Shown here one piece after another: positions 9,347 through 18,400 of a stretch of 64,000 nucleotides of DNA. A program made the position numbers and the translations under genes. Positions within the stretch are counted from its first letter, which is position 1, and each line of letters opens with the position of its first letter. The DNA is from Bacteroidales bacterium (lineage in GTDB: Bacteria > Bacteroidota > Bacteroidia > Bacteroidales > JAUNSR01), in assembly GCA_036655355.1 (NCBI GenBank), contig JAVVQG010000001.1, forward strand, positions 280,045 through 344,044, given 5' to 3'. The notes beneath the pieces are model-generated. The model was not told the origin of the DNA. It did no database searches and saw only the letters and a list, made by a program, of their open reading frames with translations.

Positions 9347-10120
9347 ATGAATGTAATCTATTTCTCCCCTACCCGCACTTCGGCAAAGATCGCCGAAAGC
9401 ATTGCCTACGGAATGGGCGCACAAAGTGTGGATGAATTAAATATCCAGGATCTCACTTACCCGGATTCGGCATCGGTTAAAAATTATGCGCGACAAGAGG
9501 GTGCTGTCATTATTGCTGCGCCCGTATATGCGGGTCGGATAGCACAAACGGCTGTTGAACGGTTATCCTTGATCAAAGGAGAAGGAAACCCCGCTGTCGT
9601 AGTTGCCGTTTACGGAAACCGCGACTATGAAGATGCGTTGGTTGAATTACAGGACCTGGCAGAGTCGTGCGGTTTCCGTACAATCGCAGGAGCGGCTTTT
9701 GTAGGGGAGCATTCATACAGCCGTCCCGGAATGCCCACCGCGGGGGGGCGTCCTGACCCTTCGGATCTTGAGATCGCTTTCGGATTCGGAAAAGCCGTAA
9801 AGGAAAAACTAGAGCAAGAGAAGAGCGAAACAGAGTTGATTCTTCCCGGCAATCGTCCTTATGTATATAAAGGACCTTTTACCCCCGCTACTCCCATTAC
9901 TGCGGATGAATTATGTACACAATGCGGAACATGCATCGATTACTGTCCGATGGATGCCATCACGCTTCAAGATGAGATTGTTAGCGATATCGAACTGTGT
10001 ATAAAATGTTGTGCCTGTGTTAAAATATGCCCCAATGAAGCGCGTATTTTCAACACGCCTTACACGGAACTTCTTCATAAAAACTTCTCACGCAGAAGAG
10101 AACCGGAACTCTATCTTTAA
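9347..10120 (+). CDS. flavodoxin-like domain fused to a 2x[4Fe-4S] ferredoxin domain
   Basis: The N-terminal fold is flavodoxin-like (VIYFSPTRTSAKIAE..., IIAAPVYAG). The C-terminus has two Cys clusters, CTQCGTCIDYCP and CIKCCACVKICP. It starts 8 nt after the preceding gene. Confidence 0.7.
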   Translation: MNVIYFSPTRTSAKIAESIAYGMGAQSVDELNIQDLTYPDSASVKNYARQEGAVIIAAPVYAGRIAQTAVERLSLIKGEGNPAVVVAVYGNRDYEDALVELQDLAESCGFRTIAGAAFVGEHSYSRPGMPTAGGRPDPSDLEIAFGFGKAVKEKLEQEKSETELILPGNRPYVYKGPFTPATPITADELCTQCGTCIDYCPMDAITLQDEIVSDIELCIKCCACVKICPNEARIFNTPYTELLHKNFSRRREPELYL

Positions 10121-10175
10121 CGATGTTCTTCTCACGCCAGGCCGGTCAAGATATTTAAGAAAGAAGCAAAAAAAC

Positions 10176-10224
10176 ACCCCCGAAGAACCAATCGATTGGA
10201 AAGGACTCTTCGGGGGTATTTTTA
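10176..10224. terminator. bidirectional intrinsic terminator-like hairpin
   Basis: 11-bp arms ACCCCCGAAGA (10176-10186) and TCTTCGGGGGT (10207-10217), with an A-run before and ATTTTTA after. It lies between convergent genes. Confidence 0.6.
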
Positions 10225-10249
10225 TCTGAGCATCTTAAACTTGCCAGAA

Positions 10250-11377
10250 TTATTTCAAAAGTTCTTTTAGAAGTTCATAAAACTCAGGGGATTCTCCTAC
10301 AATTATTTTTACGATATTTCCCTGCGGGTCAATTACAACTTTGGTAGGGAAAGCACTTACCGCATATTTATTCTGCACGGTCACATCTTTTCCTGCATAC
10401 AGGTTGATCCACGGCAGTTCGTATTTACGGATTCCTGCCTCCCAATCTGCTTTCTCATCTCTGCAGTCAATTCCTACAATCTCCAGCTTACCTTTGTATT
10501 TCTCATAGGTCTCCTTCATATCCGGAATTCCTCTTAAGCACCAACCGCACCACATGCCCCAGAAATCGAGTACCACATATTTACCCTTCAAAGAAGCGAG
10601 TGAAACCATCTCTCCTTTTTCGTTCGGCAATGAAAAATCGGGAGCCGGAGATCCCGGATTGAGCATTTTAATCGCTTCTCGTCGTTCATTCTCATTATTA
10701 TATCGTTGAAGTGTCTCCTGAATCATTGTTTTAAACGGCCCTTTTTCCAACTCTTTATTCAAAACGTCTTTCGTAGCGTCTACTACATCATATCCTGAGG
10801 TTGCAAAGTAGTATGCCGATAATTCCGTATTCGGATGCGCTTTGATATACGCGATGATAAGATTATCTTTCTCTTTATAAACCGCTTCACTGTTTGATCT
10901 GAATACTGCCATCAGTGAATCGTTCATTCTACCGCTCTGCACTTCTTTCTGATAATAGGAAGTTAGTTCCTTTTGTTTCTGCTGAAGAGGATCCAATTCG
11001 GTAAAAGCATTTTTCTCTTTATAAAACTCAGATCCGGTGACCTGCAGATTCTCTACAGTGCCTGTCACTTTCAGTTTATTACCGGGTAGCAGCACTATAC
11101 TTTCCTGTGCACCGCTCATTCTTAATGCTTGATTTCCGGTTGGCTTGGCGAAAATAGACACGAATGAAACTGCGGAGTCGGGCAAAGTAATACTGAAAGA
11201 ACCATTCTTTAAAGGAATCGTATCTAACGTATTCTTAGTAGCACCCATAAAATATTGCGATACAAGAATCGTATCGCTCTCTACTCCTTGAAGCGTTCCT
11301 TCAATATTTCCTTGCGGAGACTGACATGAAATAACCGAAAGAAATAAACCTAATGCGCCATAGAAATTTAATTTCAT
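10250..11377 (-). CDS. TlpA/ResA-family periplasmic thiol:disulfide oxidoreductase (lipoprotein)
   Basis: Lipobox LSVISC, an N-terminal beta-rich domain and a C-terminal thioredoxin fold with the active site WGMWCGWCLRG. Confidence 0.85.
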   Translation of the reverse strand: MKLNFYGALGLFLSVISCQSPQGNIEGTLQGVESDTILVSQYFMGATKNTLDTIPLKNGSFSITLPDSAVSFVSIFAKPTGNQALRMSGAQESIVLLPGNKLKVTGTVENLQVTGSEFYKEKNAFTELDPLQQKQKELTSYYQKEVQSGRMNDSLMAVFRSNSEAVYKEKDNLIIAYIKAHPNTELSAYYFATSGYDVVDATKDVLNKELEKGPFKTMIQETLQRYNNENERREAIKMLNPGSPAPDFSLPNEKGEMVSLASLKGKYVVLDFWGMWCGWCLRGIPDMKETYEKYKGKLEIVGIDCRDEKADWEAGIRKYELPWINLYAGKDVTVQNKYAVSAFPTKVVIDPQGNIVKIIVGESPEFYELLKELLK

Positions 11378-11433
11378 AATTTTAATGTATTAGTAATTGA
11401 ATTCGGGGAATGTATAAAACAAAAGATCAGAGA

Positions 11434-13920
11434 CTATATTTGACGTTGCATCCGTGAAAGTGCAGCGTTATTTTCGTCAACAAAAGACGTGACTTCTTCA
11501 TCGTGTTTTTCCTTTTTCCGAAAGGCTGCCGCAATCAGGATAAGAATCGCTCCGTAAATAGCATAAATCAGATTCAGTATAGCCGGGGTATCGGTTTTCC
11601 CATAAGAATGGAGACCTGAAAGATAATAGTTTACCCCGAAATAGGTCATCAATACAGAAGCAAAAGCAAGCAAAGTCATCGTGTTAAATGCAAAATCACT
11701 TTTCAGTCCGCGTATACGGTGACTATGGGTTACAAAAGCATATACCAACATTGTAACTAAAGCCCACACCTCTTTGGGGTCCCAGCCCCAATAGCGTCCC
11801 CACGATTCATTGGCCCAAATTGCTCCCAGAAACGTACCTGCACTAAGCAGACATAATCCGATAATCAGCGACAATTCATTCATCAACCGCAACTCTTTCA
11901 GCTTATGACGAAAGCGGTTGCTTCGGGATGAGAGTGATGCACTCATGGAGAAGAGACTCAATAGGAAGCTCATACCGAAAAATCCGTAACTGGCCATGAT
12001 GACCGCTACATGAAACATCAGCCAAGGCGATTTCAGTACCGGAACCAACGGGGTGATTTCGGGATCCATGAAATTAAAATTACTCACCAACAATATAAAT
12101 CCGGCTAATAATCCGGCTAAACCAAAAGTCAACGGTGAACGACGCATGAAGAACAATCCTGCAAAAACCGCGCTCCAGCCCACATATACCATCGATTCAT
12201 ATGCATTTGACCAGGGTGCCTGCCCCGAAATATACCAACGCAGAGCGATTCCTGCCGTTTGTGTAATAAACACCAACAATACGGCAAAACAGCTCCCCTT
12301 AATCAAAAATGAGAAGATGGAATGGGGTGTCATTAACCCCAAAAGGGAGAATAATAACAGAAAAGTTGAAAAGGCAAGATAGAATATAGCCGAACGTCCA
12401 AAGATATTCATCCGGTTATAAAGGAGTTCCGCTTTAATCTTCCCTTCGTCGATTAATCCGGGGGTACTTTTCGCTTTCTGATAAGTTGAAAGCATTCCTA
12501 CAATCTCATCGGCCTGCTTCCATTCGCCTTGTTGGATTCCACGATCAAGTTCACTCAGATACCATGGAAATATCTTGCTTACAAACATTGAATCTTTCCC
12601 GCCGAATGACGAAAGATCCTCGCCTGGAGAGAACCAGCGACCCGTACGTTCCTTTTCCAAAGGAAATAAAGCTAGATAATCCCCTTGTTGAAGAGCATAG
12701 ACAATATTCAATCGTTCATCGAGTTTAAGCAGATCCTTATCCAGTTTCGACCGTTCTTTATTCGATTTTTTATAAACCTGTTCTACAATTCGCTGTAGTT
12801 TATAATCTCCGTTCTGATCAAACAGTGCATAATAAGGAATATGCGTTCCGGATGTTCCGAGCAACTCATGAATCGCTGCATTATCCTGTGCGATGAGAGC
12901 GATTTGATTCCAATAATCAGGATAGAGGATCAACCCGAGCATCACCTGCTCTGCACGATAACCTTCAAAACTGTTTTCCCGGTAGATTTTACGAAGCAAT
13001 TTAGAGGCATAGGTGTTTACGGGTTCTGTTCGTCCGGAATTACATTGTACAATCAATTCTCCAAATTTATCCGCATGTTCCACCGAAGGAATAAATCGAT
13101 CGATTTCATTTTGTAAATGGGTTTGATCATATCTCTCTTGAGCAGAAAGAAGCGAGCCGGAAAAGAGAGGGGAAAGTCCCCAACACAGCATCACCACCGT
13201 TGTTATTTTCTTCAACTCGGCACGAAGGTATCCGAATCTGGATCCCTTCGAAAGCAGAATCCATAAAATACCCGCAAACATGAGAAAATATCCTAGATAT
13301 GAAACAGCAGCCCCAACGGGATCGTAATTCACAATCAGCACGGTTCCTTGTTCATCGGGGTCATATGAGGATTGGTAAAGCCGGAATCCTTGTTCATGGA
13401 TTACTTTATTCATCGAGAGTATTTCACGTCGCGATTCCCCTTTCGAAGAGATGAGCAAATCACTTTCATACGAAGAGGGACTTTGGGAACCCGGATAACG
13501 ATGAATGGCAAAATTATTTAGCTTCACACTGAAAGGCACCTGATGAATTTCATTCCGATTGTCAGACAGGTAAATCATATCGGCATGTTCTCCCTCACGG
13601 ATATGCATGATACCCTCATAACTCCAACAGTGTGTAATCCAAGCTCCTGCGAGAATGAAGAGAAATGCGACATGAAAAAGCAACATGCCCATTTTGCGTA
13701 TTCGTATGTATTTTCTTTTTATAAGCACCCCGCATAGATTAACTACCGCTAAAAATAACAGAATGAAAATAAGAGGATTGTTGTAGAAATACTGACGTGC
13801 AATTGCTACTCCATATTGATGTTCAACAAAAGTAGCGGCACCATAAAGAAAAGCAAGTAAGAATAAGAGAAGGTTTGTCACATTACCCGAATAGAGTAAT
13901 GTCTTTAAGAGATGCAGCAT
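11434..13920 (-). CDS. ccsBA: System II cytochrome c synthase, fused ResB/CcsB-CcsA
   Basis: 828-aa polytopic protein. The N-terminal part is ResB-like. The C-terminal CcsA part carries the Trp-rich heme-handling motif WGRYWGWDPKEVWAL and flanking His residues. Confidence 0.85.
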   Translation of the reverse strand: MLHLLKTLLYSGNVTNLLLFLLAFLYGAATFVEHQYGVAIARQYFYNNPLIFILLFLAVVNLCGVLIKRKYIRIRKMGMLLFHVAFLFILAGAWITHCWSYEGIMHIREGEHADMIYLSDNRNEIHQVPFSVKLNNFAIHRYPGSQSPSSYESDLLISSKGESRREILSMNKVIHEQGFRLYQSSYDPDEQGTVLIVNYDPVGAAVSYLGYFLMFAGILWILLSKGSRFGYLRAELKKITTVVMLCWGLSPLFSGSLLSAQERYDQTHLQNEIDRFIPSVEHADKFGELIVQCNSGRTEPVNTYASKLLRKIYRENSFEGYRAEQVMLGLILYPDYWNQIALIAQDNAAIHELLGTSGTHIPYYALFDQNGDYKLQRIVEQVYKKSNKERSKLDKDLLKLDERLNIVYALQQGDYLALFPLEKERTGRWFSPGEDLSSFGGKDSMFVSKIFPWYLSELDRGIQQGEWKQADEIVGMLSTYQKAKSTPGLIDEGKIKAELLYNRMNIFGRSAIFYLAFSTFLLLFSLLGLMTPHSIFSFLIKGSCFAVLLVFITQTAGIALRWYISGQAPWSNAYESMVYVGWSAVFAGLFFMRRSPLTFGLAGLLAGFILLVSNFNFMDPEITPLVPVLKSPWLMFHVAVIMASYGFFGMSFLLSLFSMSASLSSRSNRFRHKLKELRLMNELSLIIGLCLLSAGTFLGAIWANESWGRYWGWDPKEVWALVTMLVYAFVTHSHRIRGLKSDFAFNTMTLLAFASVLMTYFGVNYYLSGLHSYGKTDTPAILNLIYAIYGAILILIAAAFRKKEKHDEEVTSFVDENNAALSRMQRQI

Positions 13921-13965
13921 AATGTTATCGGTTCATGGTAAAAAACAAACGAAGATAAAATAAAT

Positions 13966-15348
13966 TTACTTCTTTTTAAGATCAGTGGCGCTCTTTATTT
14001 GATTATTCATTAAACGTTTATGATACCCATTGGTAATCCCAGACCAACTCCCTTCTTTCCAAAGGGGAGGTACACAATGTGTTTTTTCCCATTCGGATAG
14101 TTGATTCATCAATAAGAGTGCCTGCTTGGGTTCTTTTTCAATAATATTTCGTTCTTCATCAATTTGATCAGCGAGGTTATACATTACTGAATCTACCCCC
14201 CGGGTGATGATTAATTTATAATCACCGGATCGAATCGCTCTCGAATCGAGCTTTCTCCAAAAAAGACTCTTGTGTGGATTTCCTTTTTCCTCACCAATCA
14301 AATAGGGGATCAAAGAGACTCCATCGATGGGCTTATTCAGTTCTTTCTTATTAATATTAACAGCGTCTATAACAGTTGCAAATATGTCTAACGAAGAGGT
14401 TAAGCCTTTAAAGGGTTCTTTGCTTTTAAACTTATTTCCCCATGTTATAAAAAAAGGAATCCGATGACCTCCTTCAAATTTATTACCTTTAAATCCTTTC
14501 AACGGATAATTAGATGAATTATTTGTTGTTGATCCACCATTATCACTTAAGAAAAATATCAACGTGTTTTCATACTTTCCCGTTCGCTTCAACTCTTTTA
14601 CCACTTCTCCTACTCCTCGATCCAAAGCGTAGAGCATTGCGGCATAGACCTGACGAGGCGAATCCGAAAACAGCGATAAATCTTTATCTGCAGCCTGATT
14701 AGGTGAATGGGGCGCCGTATAAGAAAGATACATCATAAATGGACGATCCCCATCAGACACCACTTGTTTGGCTCGTTCAGACAACTCATCCGTAAAATAC
14801 CCTTCAAAAGAGAGTGGATGCCCGTTATATTGGTATTGTGAAAGTTTACCATCCGCATCCGAACGAGAGGCATTATAATAATACGACCGTGATCCTCCGA
14901 TCAAACCATAAAAAGTATCAAATCCCTTCTTGTTGGGATGTTGGAAGGGCAAAGCGCCTAGGTGCCATTTCCCAATACAAGCGGTACGATAATCGTGCCG
15001 TTTCAGCAATGCGGGAAGAATCTCTTCATCGATTGGTAAACCGTCTCCTTTAGCTGAGGTATTACATTCGTAACCGAACCGTTGTCCATATCGTCCTGTC
15101 ATCAACATCGCTCTCGAAGGACTACTCACGGTTGCAGCAACATGAGCATCCGTAAACACTTTCCCGTCTGCAGCCAATTCATCCAAACAGGGCGTTTTAA
15201 TGTCATCTGAGCCCATAAATCCAAAATCCGCATAACCTGCATCATCTGCCAAAATAATCAAAATATTAGGTGGCTCTTGGTTTGATGATTGTGCATTCAT
15301 CCCGGTTAAAGGGAGTGAGCAAGTGAATAATATATTCAGTTTTTTCAT
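13966..15348 (-). CDS. exported S1-family sulfatase, Ser-type formylglycine motif
   Basis: Signal peptide; metal-site motif ILADDAGYADFG; FGly motif S-S-P-S-R (VSSPSRAMLMTGR); GKWHLG; DNGG. Confidence 0.85.
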   Translation of the reverse strand: MKKLNILFTCSLPLTGMNAQSSNQEPPNILIILADDAGYADFGFMGSDDIKTPCLDELAADGKVFTDAHVAATVSSPSRAMLMTGRYGQRFGYECNTSAKGDGLPIDEEILPALLKRHDYRTACIGKWHLGALPFQHPNKKGFDTFYGLIGGSRSYYYNASRSDADGKLSQYQYNGHPLSFEGYFTDELSERAKQVVSDGDRPFMMYLSYTAPHSPNQAADKDLSLFSDSPRQVYAAMLYALDRGVGEVVKELKRTGKYENTLIFFLSDNGGSTTNNSSNYPLKGFKGNKFEGGHRIPFFITWGNKFKSKEPFKGLTSSLDIFATVIDAVNINKKELNKPIDGVSLIPYLIGEEKGNPHKSLFWRKLDSRAIRSGDYKLIITRGVDSVMYNLADQIDEERNIIEKEPKQALLLMNQLSEWEKTHCVPPLWKEGSWSGITNGYHKRLMNNQIKSATDLKKK

Positions 15349-15374
15349 ATTCTCATCAGTTAGCTAGAAGAAAG

Positions 15375-15404
15375 GACACCATACCTTAAAAAAGATATGG
15401 TGTC
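15375..15404 (-). terminator. hairpin downstream of the 1327-aa gene
   Basis: 9-bp arms GACACCATA / TATGGTGTC with a T-rich tail on the minus strand. It sits in the 69-nt gap before the sulfatase gene. Confidence 0.45.
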
Positions 15405-15417
15405 ACTCTTTTGGTTA

Positions 15418-18400
15418 TTACTCTTCAATAATAATACGGAAGCCTACATTGTGAACTTTCTGATAAGGATAATATCCTTTACGAACCACAGCGGAAGCTT
15501 CTTTCGGATGATCCTTCCAAGAACCACCGCGAACCACTTTCCGATCTGCCGATCCTTGTTTCTTCTCATTATAAGGATACGGAGCGAAATCAGAACGAGT
15601 CCATTCCGCAACATTTCCATGCATATCATACAATCCGAACGGATTGGCCTGATAAGATCCTGGAGTTGCCATAATCATATTTCCATCGTCGATGCTCTCC
15701 ATTTTCGGATGATAACTATAATATTTGAACCACGGGTTCTTTTCCCCCATCGGCTGCGGATTCACACCCGACACGGCCATCTTGTTCATCTGCTTGTCAG
15801 ACATGTTTTCGAATTTACTGAAATCAGTATTGATATTGCCATACCAGAAATCCTCATCACTTCCTGCACGACAAGCCCATTCCCATTGAACCTCAGTCGG
15901 TAGTGTTATTTTCAGTCCGGTATGTGCACTTGCTTTCTGACAGAAATCCATCGCATCATTCATACTTACACGAATCACAGGTTGTTCCGGTTTATAGGCG
16001 ATGTAACCTTCGGTCACGTGGTCTTTCCATTGCTGGTCTACAAAACGGCTGTTGTGTTCTGGGAAATAAGCATTAAATTGTTCGTTCGTAATCTCTTTTT
16101 CAGACATCCAGAATGATTTTTTCACTTCTGCCTTATGAGCTGGTGCATAATTGCGGTTATCCTGATTTTTACCCATAACGAATTTACCTGCAGGCACCTT
16201 CACAAAGGTCAGTTTCTTACCTGGAGCCACTTCGATCTCTTTGCGTTCAGGCTGTTCTTCATTCACCACAAACGGGAAGTTCTTCAGCTTCACTTCTTTG
16301 AAACGAGTGGGCGTAAATGACGTTTTTACAGGCTCCGCCTTCGGCTGGCTTTCAAGATGTGCAGCATAGTCTTTCAACTCCTGTTTCCAATCGGCATATA
16401 CTCCGTTGGCGTATTTCTTGTTCAGATTAATACGACGACTGATCTGGTCTCGATCACAATTATTCAACTCGATCGCTTCAAATGTTCCTTTATCCGGTGC
16501 ATTAAAGTCAATCCAATTATACAATTTACGCCACTCGGCATCGGTTAACGCCACCCCGTAATGGCCATCTTTCAACATGCGCACCAACGGACTCACCGAA
16601 GCATGATATTCGTACGGATAAAGAACCTTCATTCCCGCTTCCGGTCCTTGGCGATGAATATACGGATGAAGATCCAGATAACTCAATCCGAATCCGCGTT
16701 CATCTTTTCTTCCCCCGGTATAGTTACGCGATAACTTCGAGCCGTCGTGACAAGAGATACAGTTGCGATCCAGAATCGGTTGGATTTCCAGATCGAAAGT
16801 AAAGGAGCGAACACCGCCTTCTGCCGTTTTCAAAGTCTGAGGTCCTTTCTTGGAAGCCATTACTCGTTTTGGCATCGGGATCTGATTCTGATCCTCATGA
16901 CATCCTACACAAGAAACCGTTTCGCCGGGCTGTCCTGTCAGCCAGCTACGCATCCATTGGATGGCGCGACCTTCAGAATCGAGCGGCTGAAGTGAAATCG
17001 GCGTATTCGCCGGGATCTTGAACATCACAGAACCGTCTTCTTCCACCGGAACTGTTCCCAGCAGTCGTTTTATGTCCCATCCGCTCTGGATACCCTGTGC
17101 TACGTGATCGGACGCGGTACGCAGATAAGCATATTCGTAAGCGAAAACACGCAACTCTTTCACCGTTCCTCTCGGCACATCCGGCAAACCTTCCCCTTCA
17201 TAGATATCCTGAATGAAAACGGTAGCTTCTTTCGAATTGGTATTAATCTTTTCAGGAATAACAGGTGGAAGCGGACGTTTAACTGCCGGGATACCATAGA
17301 TATACCCCTCACCTTCGGACTCTTTAATAAGCGTCAGGTTATCAAACGTATCCACCAGGTAAAGTCCCCAAAGACTATTCGGTGATAATTTGGCCGTAAC
17401 GATATAATAATCCTTATTCAAGGGCTGCGGTTTAAGGAACTGCGGCCACACACCGTCGACCATTTCGTCTTTTACGATCGGAACGATAGGACGTTTACTG
17501 AATGGAAGTTCCTGCAACATACCTTTCTCCTCCTTACGGCTTTTGGCCGGATCAAAAAGAATCAGACGTCCGGAACGCTGCGTTCCGTGGTGTCCGGAAA
17601 TGATACCGATGAATTGAGTCGGATGATCCGGCAAAGGCTGTACATCATAGATCGATGTAGGGAAAACAGAACCGCTGCCATACAAAGAACGCTGTTCCGT
17701 TCCATCCGGATTCATATGCATCACAATACGCGAAAAATAGTGGGTAAGATCGGTATATTCCCAACGCACATACATAATACGTCCGTTATTCATCACCACC
17801 GGTCCCCAGTTCGCGTCCTGATCAAACGTCAGACGACGCATCGAATTATCTTTCGGATCTAAAATACAGAAGTTCCCCACCTGATCGCTTCCACTTACGC
17901 ACGGAACCCCTTGTCCACCCACATTGGATGCCGCGATAATCTTTCCGTTAGGCAAATAAGTAGCGTCAAAATAATCGATATCCTCAGGTGTTCCCTGTGT
18001 AATCTGTTTAAAGCCGCTACCGTCTGTATTCACCTCATAAACCTGCCAATGGTGATCACCCTCCTGAGGCATTGAAAATAACAACCTATCAGCGTCCCAA
18101 TGCAGTTTCAAATCTGGAACAGATGCTGAATTAGTAGGTTTGAAAATCAAACGAGAAGTGATGTCGCCGCGAAGGTTAGAAAGCTCTTCGATTGAAGCAT
18201 TAAAACCTTGTTGGGATGCCGACGTCTGATTCGACCAGTTATTAGGGGGAGTTCCCAAGGCAGGCGGATTAGAATGGCGTGCATTCAGTCCCATCTGATA
18301 ACGTCCCACGATCAGTTTATCCATGTCCAGCAAAGGATTATCAAGCAAAATCTCCTTTTTCAGTTTCAATGCCGTAACGGCATTTTCGATTGTCTGCCGA

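Noticed and set aside
12200-12225. GCATTTGACCAGGGTGCC inside ccsBA, which resembles the leader-cassette core.
   Set aside because: It lies within coding sequence, on the strand opposite to the gene, and has no GTTAAA or start-codon context. It is most likely a chance partial match.
15421-16200. The FGE-like domain of the 1327-aa protein as the maturase of the adjacent sulfatases.
   Set aside because: Both sulfatases carry Ser at the formylglycine position, and classical FGE converts Cys only. The domain is also exported, whereas maturation of Ser-type enzymes is cytoplasmic.
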